Assembly (NCBI RefSeq): GCF_051659485.1
Contig: NZ_JBOFOO010000019.1
Coordinates: 1 to 35,681, forward strand
Origin: Craterilacuibacter sp.
Lineage (GTDB): Bacteria; Pseudomonadota; Gammaproteobacteria; Burkholderiales; Chromobacteriaceae
Length of the DNA stretch: 35,681 nucleotides
Direction of reading: 5' to 3'
Shown: positions 27,663 to 35,681 of the stretch, in pieces
How positions within the stretch are numbered: the first letter of the stretch is position 1
Layout: every line of letters starts with the position of its first letter
Position numbers and translations under genes: made by a program
Notes under the pieces: generated by a model
Told to the model about the DNA's origin: nothing
Database searches by the model: none
What the model saw: the letters and a program-made list of their open reading frames with translations, nothing else

Positions 27663-29603
27663 ATGCAAGAACATAATTTTGCCATCCCGCAGCCAGACTG
27701 GGTGCACCGCCTGTCTACCCGTATTGTGGCCAGCGCCATTGCGGCACTTTTCATCATTATGGCGATGATTTCCGGTACTTTGTGGCTGTCCTGGCAGCTG
27801 GAAGGCGCCGCGGCCGCTATTAACGAGGCCGGCAGCCTGCGCATGCGGGCAACGAGGGTGGCACTGGAACTGCAAACGCCTGCTTATAGCGTTCTGGAGC
27901 GAAAGCAAAGGGTGGACACCGAACTGGCCGTGCAGGCGCGCACCCTTTCGCAACTGGTGCATGGCAATGCGGCACGGCCTTTGTTTCTTCCTGCAGAGCA
28001 GGGTGTGCAAATGCAGATGGGCCAGGTCGTGGACTACTGGGAAGGGCTGCTCAAACCTGCTGCGCTTATTGCGCTGCAAACCGGCAATAGCCATGCCTAT
28101 CGACAGGCCCTGCCCGGATTCATCCATCATGCCAACAAACTGGTATTGCTGGTCGAACAGAATAACGAACGAAAAAACAATTGGTTGCGGCTGTCGCAAG
28201 GTGTGCTGGGTTTGGTGGCTTGTGCCGGCACACTGACCATGATTTATCTTTTGTATTTGTGGATCATCCTGCCGGTGTTGCGCCTGCAGCAGGGCCTGCA
28301 GCGCATGGCGCGGCATGATTTTGCTACCCGCCTGCCGGTAGAAAGCCAGGATGAGCTGGGGGCAGTGGTTGTCGGGTTTAATGCCATGGCCGATGAGCTG
28401 GAGGGCTTGTACCGCAGCCTGGAGGCGCGGGTGCGGGAGAAAACCGCGCAGCTGGCGGCACAGAACCGCGAATTGTCGGCGCTATACGAAGTTGAGGCCT
28501 TTCTCAACCAGCCAGGCGATATCGATGCTTTGTGTCGCGGGTTTTTACAAAGGGTCATGCGCCTGCTGAACGCGCAAGGCGGCAGCTTGCGGGTGCTGGA
28601 CAGTAGTAGAGACAGGCTGCACCTGATGGTTTCCGAAGGGCTCTCTGATGCGCTGGTCGCCGCTGAGCGCTGCATGCGGGTAGACCATTGTTTTTGCGGT
28701 GAGGTCAGCCGTAGCGGACCGCTGGTCGTGCATGATTTTCGCCAGCGCGCAGAGTCCAGCGTCGAGCCTTTTCGCTGCAGCGAGGAAGGTTTTTCAGCTC
28801 TGGCTGTTTTCCAGATTGTGGCGGTCAACCGGGTGCTGGGCACTTTTTCCCTGCATTTTGATGCGCCACGCGAGATGGCTTCGGCCGAGATCCAGTTGCT
28901 GGCCACGTTGGGGCAAAGACTGGGTATTGCTCTGGATAACCGCCGCCTGAGTGCCAAAGCGCGCCAACTGGCTGTGGCTGAAGAGCGTTCTCTGGTTGCG
29001 CAGGGTTTGCATGACAGCATCGCGCAGGGTTTGAACTTCCTCAATCTACAGGTGCAGCTACTCGCGTCAGTCGCCCGTGAGGACAATATGGATGAGGTGC
29101 GCGAAATTATTCCGCTACTTAAAACCGGTGTCGAAGAGAGTTATCAGGATGTACGTGAACTATTGCTGAATTTCCGCAGCAAGCTGGGGCAGGGCGAGCT
29201 TCTGGCCGCCATAGACGAAACGCTGGCACGTTTTCGCCGCCAGTGCAGCGCCGAGGTGGTTCTTGACATTAAGGAACAAGGCGGTGCGCCCTTGCCGCCG
29301 GATCAGCAACTGCAAGTCCTGTTTATCTTGCAAGAAGCGCTATCCAATGTGCGCAAGCATGCCTGTGCCAGTGAAGTAAATATCGTTTTGCATAACGGAT
29401 CGGACTTTGTACTGCAAGTGAGCGACAATGGCGATGGTTATGAGCCATCCGAAGTCGCGGCACGCGCAGAAAGCCACATCGGCCTGCATATCATGCAGGA
29501 ACGCGCGGTCCGGCTGAATGCCCGGCTGGTGCTGAGTTCGGTACCGGGCAAAGGTACCCGCTTGATCCTGACCCTGCCACAGGCAGTACGCCAAGCAGCT
29601 TGA
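27663..29603 (+). CDS. narX: Nitrate/nitrite sensor histidine kinase (periplasmic sensor-HAMP-GAF-HisKA_3-HATPase)
   Basis: P-box AAAINEAGSLRM, HAMP DELG..FNAM, H-box GLHDSIAQ, QEALSNVRKH, DNGDG. Confidence 0.92.
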   Translation: MQEHNFAIPQPDWVHRLSTRIVASAIAALFIIMAMISGTLWLSWQLEGAAAAINEAGSLRMRATRVALELQTPAYSVLERKQRVDTELAVQARTLSQLVHGNAARPLFLPAEQGVQMQMGQVVDYWEGLLKPAALIALQTGNSHAYRQALPGFIHHANKLVLLVEQNNERKNNWLRLSQGVLGLVACAGTLTMIYLLYLWIILPVLRLQQGLQRMARHDFATRLPVESQDELGAVVVGFNAMADELEGLYRSLEARVREKTAQLAAQNRELSALYEVEAFLNQPGDIDALCRGFLQRVMRLLNAQGGSLRVLDSSRDRLHLMVSEGLSDALVAAERCMRVDHCFCGEVSRSGPLVVHDFRQRAESSVEPFRCSEEGFSALAVFQIVAVNRVLGTFSLHFDAPREMASAEIQLLATLGQRLGIALDNRRLSAKARQLAVAEERSLVAQGLHDSIAQGLNFLNLQVQLLASVAREDNMDEVREIIPLLKTGVEESYQDVRELLLNFRSKLGQGELLAAIDETLARFRRQCSAEVVLDIKEQGGAPLPPDQQLQVLFILQEALSNVRKHACASEVNIVLHNGSDFVLQVSDNGDGYEPSEVAARAESHIGLHIMQERAVRLNARLVLSSVPGKGTRLILTLPQAVRQAA

Positions 29604-29625
29604 AAACCAAAAATGAGTCTGGCTT

Positions 29626-30279
29626 ATGAGTATCCGCATACTACTGATAGACGATCACACCCTGTTCCGTTCCGGTATCCGCCTGTTGCTGCAGCGCCAA
29701 AGCGATTTTGATGTGGTGGGCGAGGCTGCAGATGGCGTCGAAGGCATCAAGCGCGCCAAGGTTTTGCAACCCGATGTTATTTTGCTGGACCTGAATATGC
29801 CCGGCTTGTCCGGACTGGATACCCTGCAACTGCTGGTGCAGGATCTGCCCGATGTTGCTGTGCTGATCCTGACTGTGTCGGAAGAAGCCGACGAACTGGC
29901 GCAAGCGCTACAAAATGGTGCGCGCGGTTATTTGCTGAAAAATATAGACGCAGACATCCTGACGCATGCCATACGCGATGTTGCCGCAGGGAAATCGGTG
30001 ATTGCGCAGGATATGACCGCCAAGCTGGTGGCTCAGTTTCGCAATCAGCCGCGTGCCAGCTCTCCGGTAGCCGTGCCGGCCGAGCATGACAAGCTGACGC
30101 CGCGCGAACGTGAAATCGTGCAGTGTCTGGTGCGCGGTGAAAGCAATAAGGAAATTGCGCGCCATCTGGATGTGGCCGAGAGTACGGTTAAAATCCATGT
30201 GCAGAACGTGCTGAAAAAATTGAACCTGTCCAGCCGTGTGCAGGTGGCTGTCTACGCCGTGGGTCATGGCCTGGGCTGA
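29626..30279 (+). CDS. narL: NarL/LuxR-family response regulator
   Basis: IDDH, LLDLNMPG, GYLLK, HTH LTPRE...SNKEIA...TVKIHV. Confidence 0.92.
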   Translation: MSIRILLIDDHTLFRSGIRLLLQRQSDFDVVGEAADGVEGIKRAKVLQPDVILLDLNMPGLSGLDTLQLLVQDLPDVAVLILTVSEEADELAQALQNGARGYLLKNIDADILTHAIRDVAAGKSVIAQDMTAKLVAQFRNQPRASSPVAVPAEHDKLTPREREIVQCLVRGESNKEIARHLDVAESTVKIHVQNVLKKLNLSSRVQVAVYAVGHGLG

Positions 30280-30292
30280 CCGAAACGTCTTC

Positions 30293-30327
30293 CATAAAAA
30301 ACGGACCTGAGTGGTCCGTTTTTTATG
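30293..30327. terminator. Bidirectional intrinsic terminator between narL and the HiPIP gene
   Basis: Perfect 15-bp inverted repeat CATAAAAAACGGACC-TGAGT-GGTCCGTTTTTTATG between convergent genes. Confidence 0.9.
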
Positions 30328-30340
30328 TGTGCGATCCGGC

Positions 30341-30652
30341 TCAGGCTTTTTTGACCCAGGCGCTGCACCAGCCCTTGTTGGCAGCCAGTTTGCCGCCAAA
30401 AATGGCACACGGCGCTGCCGCATCGGTGGCCTTGCCCTGGAATAGCTGGCAGTTGCCGCAATTCTGGGTGGCTGCGTATTTAGGGAACTTGGCCTTGTCG
30501 ACCTTGCTGCCGACCGCCTTGTAGCCCAGTGCTACGGCTTGCGGATCGGTTTCGGCTACGGTGGCAGGCGCGGCCATGGCCTTGCCGCCTAGTATGGCCA
30601 ATGCCCCTGCTGCTGGAATGACTTTCAAGAGAAAAGTGCGACGGCTGGTCAT
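30341..30652 (-). CDS. High-potential iron-sulfur protein (HiPIP), Tat-exported
   Basis: Twin-arginine signal SRRTFL...AMA; DPQAVALGY; four Cys in CGNC, PCAIF, GWCSAW; AAGGAG RBS. Confidence 0.93.
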   Translation of the reverse strand: MTSRRTFLLKVIPAAGALAILGGKAMAAPATVAETDPQAVALGYKAVGSKVDKAKFPKYAATQNCGNCQLFQGKATDAAAPCAIFGGKLAANKGWCSAWVKKA

Positions 30653-30764
30653 ACGTGGTAACTCCTTTACGAGGTCGGCAGTGCATCACCGTCTAAGGTG
30701 ATGCGGATTTTTATATGCTTCATGAACTTTAGTGCAATTTACCCGTTTTGCTTAAGCGTTTGTC

Positions 30765-30778
30765 TTGATTTGGGTCAA
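30765..30778 (-). promoter_or_regulatory. FNR/Anr/Dnr-type box, class II position for the HiPIP promoter
   Basis: TTGAT-TTGG-GTCAA (9/10 to TTGAT-N4-ATCAA); -10-like TAAATT at 30741-30736 on the minus strand places the box centre near -41.5. Confidence 0.75.
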
Positions 30779-30868
30779 GTATGACGCTGTTGTTGCGGCC
30801 GCATGGTTATCTTTCTTTTCCTGTCTGCCTCGCATCGCTAGACTGGCACTCTTTGGATGCCGATATTG

Positions 30869-31252
30869 ATGAAACAGATCATAGCCATCTGCTGCGGTGC
30901 CAGTCTCGGCGCCTTGTCCCGCTGGGGCTTGAGCGAGCTTAACCGCCATTTTCCGTTGTTGCCGCCAGGCACGCTGCTCGCCAATTTGCTGGGCGGCTAT
31001 CTGATAGGTTTGGCGATCGCCTATTTTGCCCATGCCGATATTGCGCCGCATTGGCGTTTGTTTGTAGTGACCGGTTTTCTTGGTGCACTGACGACGTTTT
31101 CGACTTTCTCGGTCGAGGTGACATCCTTGCTGCAGCAGGGGCGGCCGTTCTGGGCCGTATTCGCCATCGGCAGCCATGTGCTGGGCTCCTTGTTGATGAC
31201 GGCGCTGGGGCTGGCCAGCTGGAATTATCTGCATAAGGCCGGTCTGTTCTGA
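30869..31252 (+). CDS. crcB: Fluc/CrcB fluoride channel
   Basis: [32 protein letters not shown]; likely start ATG 30869 (alternative 30857). Confidence 0.94.
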   Translation: MKQIIAICCGASLGALSRWGLSELNRHFPLLPPGTLLANLLGGYLIGLAIAYFAHADIAPHWRLFVVTGFLGALTTFSTFSVEVTSLLQQGRPFWAVFAIGSHVLGSLLMTALGLASWNYLHKAGLF

Positions 31253-31259
31253 TTCAGTT

Positions 31260-32147
31260 TTAGGTAGTGGATAGCAGCGCCTCAACCAGTCGCCTGGCGT
31301 GGGCGGGTAGCGCCTGCCAGTCCCGGAAGGCAATTTTGAGTTCGCGCTCCGCCCAGTTATCGCTCAGCTTGATGATTCCCAGCCCGTATAGCGGCGCCAA
31401 TTGCCGGGCGCTTTGTGCCGGCAGGATGCCCAGGCCGCATCCCTCGGCTACAAGGCTGGCCAGTGCCTGAAAATTAGGGGCACGTACACGTATGCGCAGG
31501 CTGTGGCCTTTCAGGCGGGCCATGTCCTGCATGAAACATTGCATGGCACTGTTATGGGGCAGGCCGACAAAGGGCTGGTCCAGTACCTCGGTAAACTGGC
31601 ATTCGCAGCGTGAGGCCAGTGGATGCCGGCCGGCGGCGATGATGACCAGGCGGTCACGGGCAAAGGGCAGTTGTGTCAATTTTGCTGCGGCCATGCTGCC
31701 ATCCAGTATGCCGATATCGATGGCGCCTTGCTCGATCTGGCCGACGATCTCGCGACTGGGGTGTTCGCTCAACTGCAGGTCGACGTCCGGTTCGCTGGCA
31801 AGGAAGCGTCCCAGCTTGTCGGGCAAAAATACACTGCAGGCCATGGTGTTGCCGCTGATGCGTATGCTGCGGGGCAGGCCCAGACTCATCTCGCCCATGT
31901 CGCCATTCATCTTTTCGGTCGCCTGCAGCAGGCTACGGGCATGAAACAGCAGTACTTCGCCGGCAGGGCTCAAGGAAATGCCGCGCGAATGGCGCTCTAC
32001 CAGTCTGACTCCATAGATGCTTTCCATTTTTTTCAAGCGCTGGCTCGCGGCCGACAAGGCCATGGGAAAGCGCTCGGCCGCCCGGCTCAGGCTGTTGCTT
32101 TCAGCCAATAATATAAAAAACTGCAAATCCACTAGATCCAAACGCAT
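31260..32147 (-). CDS. LysR-type transcriptional regulator
   Basis: 295 aa; N-terminal HTH SLSRAAE...LSAASQRLKKME, substrate-binding domain with DIGI. Confidence 0.93.
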   Translation of the reverse strand: MRLDLVDLQFFILLAESNSLSRAAERFPMALSAASQRLKKMESIYGVRLVERHSRGISLSPAGEVLLFHARSLLQATEKMNGDMGEMSLGLPRSIRISGNTMACSVFLPDKLGRFLASEPDVDLQLSEHPSREIVGQIEQGAIDIGILDGSMAAAKLTQLPFARDRLVIIAAGRHPLASRCECQFTEVLDQPFVGLPHNSAMQCFMQDMARLKGHSLRIRVRAPNFQALASLVAEGCGLGILPAQSARQLAPLYGLGIIKLSDNWAERELKIAFRDWQALPAHARRLVEALLSTT

Positions 32148-32155
32148 GATGACCC

Positions 32156-32170
32156 TTCGTTTTTCATGAA
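32156..32170. promoter_or_regulatory. Possible LysR T-N11-A box in the divergent promoter
   Basis: TTC-GTTTTTCAT-GAA dyad just upstream of the LysR start. Confidence 0.4.
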
Positions 32171-32249
32171 ACCAGATTGCCGCAATGAAGCAAGCAGATG
32201 GCGCGGCCGCTACGCATAATCTACGGATTGACAGGCATTAACGAATACC

Positions 32250-33239
32250 ATGACGAATATCAAGCTAGCTGTACAGGCGAATGCCTTCGCAAATTATAAA
32301 GGCATACTGCTGGCAGTGCTATCTGCTGCCGGCTTCTCGGCCAAGGCCATTTTTGTCAAACTGGGCTTTGGCTATGGTGCCAATGCCGAGACGCTGCTGG
32401 CATTGCGCATGTTGTTTGCGCTGCCTTTTTTTGTGCTGATGGCGCTGATGTGCATCCGGCAGGGCGCGCTGCGGCGCATCGCGTCACGTGACTGGGGCGG
32501 TATCGTGGTGCTTGGCTTGTGCGGCTATTATCTGGCGAGTCTGTTTGATTTTATCGGCCTGCAATACATTTCGGCCGCACTTGAACGCCTGACGCTATTT
32601 CTGTATCCAACCGTGGTGCTGTTTCTTTCGGTGCTGTTTCTGGGTAAGCGCTATCCGCGTCAAGTCTGGCTTGCCGTGGTACTGGCCTATGCCGGTGCCG
32701 CGCTGGCCTTGCAGCATGATCTGGGCGCGGCATCTAGCGGGAGTGCCGTCTGGCAGGGAGTTGCCTGGGTCAGTGCCGGCATGCTGGCTTATGCGGTCTA
32801 TATTGTCGGCTCGGGCGAGATGGTGACGCGCATCGGTGCCAACGCATTCCCGGCATTTGCGACGCTGGTAGCCTGTGCGGCCGTGCTCTTGCACTTTGCG
32901 GTGAGCCAGCCGCTGTCGGCGCTGGCGGTGCCGTGGCAGGTCTATGCGCTATGTCTGGGGATGGCCTTATTCAGTACCGTGTTTCCGGTGTGGGCGCTCA
33001 GTCATGCCATCCGTTTGCTGGGCGCCGGACGTGCCGCCTCGATGAGCACGCTGGGGCCGGTGCTGACGCTGTTTATGGGCTGGGCCATTCTGGATGAAAC
33101 CCTGTCATGGTCGCAACTGGCCGGTGCGGCACTGGTGATCATGGGCGTGGTGCTGATTGCGCGTAGCCATCGAGAAAAGACGGTGCCGGCAAGGGCGGGT
33201 GCCGTGAACCTGCCGGAGGCGCAAGTCGGTACGGCTTGA
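32250..33239 (+). CDS. DMT/EamA-family transporter
   Basis: About 10 hydrophobic segments in two EamA repeats; [24 protein letters not shown]...LDE. Confidence 0.9.
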   Translation: MTNIKLAVQANAFANYKGILLAVLSAAGFSAKAIFVKLGFGYGANAETLLALRMLFALPFFVLMALMCIRQGALRRIASRDWGGIVVLGLCGYYLASLFDFIGLQYISAALERLTLFLYPTVVLFLSVLFLGKRYPRQVWLAVVLAYAGAALALQHDLGAASSGSAVWQGVAWVSAGMLAYAVYIVGSGEMVTRIGANAFPAFATLVACAAVLLHFAVSQPLSALAVPWQVYALCLGMALFSTVFPVWALSHAIRLLGAGRAASMSTLGPVLTLFMGWAILDETLSWSQLAGAALVIMGVVLIARSHREKTVPARAGAVNLPEAQVGTA

Positions 33240-33337
33240 TACGGTGGCTGATTGCCAGTCGCAGGCATGCAGGTTACAGTGAAGATCTACCCAGCGCCCG
33301 CCATCAGACGGGCGTTATTCATTTTCGGAGAGCCCGC

Positions 33338-35681
33338 ATGAAGCCCGTCATCCTGATCCTGCCGATAGACGGCATGAGCTGCGCCGCTTGCGCTACCCGC
33401 ATTGAAAAACTGCTGGGGCGGCTGGACGGGGTGGACGCCAGCGTCAGTTTTGCCAGCGAGAGTGCGCAGCTGAGTTTCGATCCAGAAAAGCAGAGTCTGC
33501 CGCTACTGCTTGCGGCCATCGCCAAAGCCGGTTTTAGCGTGCCGCACACTACGCTGCAACTGGCATTGGAAGGCATGACGTGTGCCGCGTGTGCGATACG
33601 TATCGAGAAGGTGTTGAATCGTCTGCCGGGGGTAGAGGCCAGCGTAAACTTTGCCAGCGAAACAGTCGCCGTGACTTTCCCTGAAGGCAGCCAGAGCGCG
33701 GGTACGCTGATTGCACAAGTCAAGAAAGCGGGTTTTGGTGCGCGCCTGATCAGCAATGAGGCCGATAGTGATGCCGCCAGCGCGCGCCATGCTGCCGCTT
33801 ACCGTCACGAACTGAAGGTGTTTGCACTATCGCTGCTCCTCACCTTGCCCTTCCTGCTGGAAATGGCCAGCATGCTGGCCGGTGCGCATCACGGCTTTTT
33901 GTCGCGCCCGCTGCAACTGCTGCTGGCAACACCCGTGCAGTTTTATGTGGGCTGGCGCTTTTACAAGGGCGCGTATAGTGCGCTGCGCGGGGGGGGCGCC
34001 AATATGGATGTATTGGTAGCGCTGGGTACCAGCATGGCGTGGGGCTTTTCCGCCTGGGTGACGCTGGCGGGATGGACGCAACTGCATGTCTATTTCGAGG
34101 CCAGTGCGGCGGTGATTACGCTGGTGCTGCTGGGTAAACTGATGGAGGCGCGTGCCAAGGGCAAGACCAGCGGCGCGATCGAGGCGCTGATCCGGCTGGC
34201 ACCCAAGATGGCGCGGATAGAGCGCGACGGCGGTTTTGCCGAGGTGGCGGTGGCCGAACTGGTGGCCGGCGATGTGGTGGTGGTGCGTAATGGTGAAAAC
34301 GTGCCGGTGGACGGGGTGATCCTGTCCGGCCAGGCCAGCTTTGATGAAAGCCTGCTCACCGGCGAGAGCCTGCCCTTGGCTAAGGGCGAGGGGGCGCAGG
34401 TATTTGCCGGTAGCAAGAGTCGGGACGGTATGGTCAGGATACGGGCCACCGGGGTGGGGAGCCGTACCCAGCTGGCGCAGATCGTCAAGCTGGTGCGCGA
34501 GGCGCAGGGTTCCAAGGCGCCGATACAGCGCCTCGCCGATGTGATTTCCGGCGTGTTTGTACCGGTGGTGGTGGGGATTGCGGCACTGACCTTTGTCGCG
34601 ACCGCCTACTTCCTGGGTAGCTGGCCACAGGCGCTGATACACGCCGTGGCCGTACTGGTGATTGCCTGCCCGTGTGCGCTAGGCTTGGCGACGCCGACGG
34701 CGGTGATGATCGGCATCGGCAACGGAGCGCGGCGCGGCATCTTGTTTCGCAACGCAGCCGCGCTGGAAACAGCCGGGCGCTTGCAGCTGGTGGTGGTGGA
34801 CAAGACCGGCACCCTGACCGAAGGCCGGCCCGAGCTGGTCGAGGTGCTGGCCTTGTCCCGCAGTGCTGACGAAGTGCTTGCGCTGGCGGCGGCGGTAGAA
34901 GCCGGCTCCGAGCATCCGCTGGCGCAGGCTTTACTGACTGGGGCACAGGCCAAGGATCTGGCACTGCCTGCGGTCAGTGCTTTTGATGCCGTGACCGGGC
35001 AGGGTGTCAGTGCCGATGTTGCCGGGGTTGGCCGGGTGCGGGTTGGCCAGCCGGCGTGGATAGGCCTTGCATTACCGGCAGAGGCGCAAGGCTGGGCGGC
35101 TAAGGGGCGTACCGTGATTGTGGTCGCGGCAGGGGATGAGCTATTGGGCGTGCTGGCGATTGCCGACAAGCTTAAAGCCACTTCGCGCGAGGCTGTCGCC
35201 CGCCTCAAGGCGATGGGGATACGGGTGGTGATGCTGACTGGCGACAATGGCGGCACCGCTGCCGCGATAGCGGCAGCGGCGGGCCTGTCCGAATTCAAGG
35301 GCGAGGTTAAACCCAGGGATAAGGCTGCTGCGGTTGAAGCCTATAAAAAATCCGGACTCAAGGTGGGCATGGTCGGTGACGGGGTCAATGACGCGCCGGC
35401 ACTGGCGGCGGCCGATGCCAGTTTCGCGATGGGCGCAGGCTCGGATGTCGCCATCGAGGCGGCTGACGTGACGCTGATGCATGGCGATCTGATGCATCTG
35501 GTCGACGCCATCCGTTTGTCGCGTGCCACCTTGCGCAAAATTCGCCAGAACCTGTTTTTTGCCTTTATCTACAATACGCTGGGCATCCCGCTGGCGGCCT
35601 TGGGCTTGTTGAATCCGGTCATCGCCGGTGCGGCCATGGCGATGAGTTCGGTCTCGGTGGTCAGCAATTCCCTGCTGCTTA
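33338..35681 (+). CDS. copA: Cu(I)-translocating P1B-type ATPase, truncated by window end (absent from ORF track)
   Basis: Hand translation from ATG 33338 (GGAG RBS): two HMA domains GMSCAAC and [31 protein letters not shown] (34799), SEHP, GDGVND (35375), YN and MAMSS ligands; frame consistent at the checked motifs. Confidence 0.93.
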   Translation, partial: MKPVILILPIDGMSCAACATRIEKLLGRLDGVDASVSFASESAQLSFDPEKQSLPLLLAAIAKAGFSVPHTTLQLALEGMTCAACAIRIEKVLNRLPGVEASVNFASETVAVTFPEGSQSAGTLIAQVKKAGFGARLISNEADSDAASARHAAAYRHELKVFALSLLLTLPFLLEMASMLAGAHHGFLSRPLQLLLATPVQFYVGWRFYKGAYSALRGGGANMDVLVALGTSMAWGFSAWVTLAGWTQLHVYFEASAAVITLVLLGKLMEARAKGKTSGAIEALIRLAPKMARIERDGGFAEVAVAELVAGDVVVVRNGENVPVDGVILSGQASFDESLLTGESLPLAKGEGAQVFAGSKSRDGMVRIRATGVGSRTQLAQIVKLVREAQGSKAPIQRLADVISGVFVPVVVGIAALTFVATAYFLGSWPQALIHAVAVLVIACPCALGLATPTAVMIGIGNGARRGILFRNAAALETAGRLQLVVVDKTGTLTEGRPELVEVLALSRSADEVLALAAAVEAGSEHPLAQALLTGAQAKDLALPAVSAFDAVTGQGVSADVAGVGRVRVGQPAWIGLALPAEAQGWAAKGRTVIVVAAGDELLGVLAIADKLKATSREAVARLKAMGIRVVMLTGDNGGTAAAIAAAAGLSEFKGEVKPRDKAAAVEAYKKSGLKVGMVGDGVNDAPALAAADASFAMGAGSDVAIEAADVTLMHGDLMHLVDAIRLSRATLRKIRQNLFFAFIYNTLGIPLAALGLLNPVIAGAAMAMSSVSVVSNSLLL

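Noticed and set aside
33304-33313. Neisserial DNA-uptake-like sequence (GCCCGTCTGA on minus; similar GCCTGAC near 102, 18090, 25827)
   Set aside because: Few, non-identical copies; no match to a known DUS dialect at the expected density.
33989-33996. G8 tract in copA as a phase-variation site
   Set aside because: Explained by Gly-Gly-Gly codons in LRGGGANMD; the gene is in frame and the tract is short.

Overview
A GC-rich (roughly 60% by eye) bacterial chromosomal segment. Gene order and protein style suggest a betaproteobacterium, possibly Neisseriales/Chromobacteriaceae (inference). Left to right: (1) a minus-strand housekeeping run trkA-trkH-slt-NDUFA9-like SDR-cca plus the 5' end of a probable MOSC-domain gene; (2) a divergent lemA-TPM-TPM operon; (3) an arsenic module arsR-arsC-arsD-arsA-arsP-acr3 with an upstream 3'-5' exonuclease gene; (4) a complete respiratory nitrate reductase cluster narK1-narK2-narGHJI-PPIase-moaA-carbonic anhydrase-narX-narL; (5) a Tat-exported HiPIP with a well-positioned FNR box; (6) crcB/fluc, a divergent LysR-EamA pair, and a Cu(I)-type P1B ATPase (copA) that runs off the window end. 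No rRNA, tRNA, CRISPR, IS or integrase was seen. The protein families are all known, so any novelty lies in combinations and non-coding signals: ArsDA next to ArsP (with a tandem Cys-pair linker) and Acr3 with no ArsB; an apparent stop-loss extension of ArsA; a shared CTAG-centred 7-2-7 motif in both nar promoter regions; a switch-like narG leader that can occlude the RBS; and an FNR-type promoter on a HiPIP next to nar, while nar itself shows no canonical FNR box.
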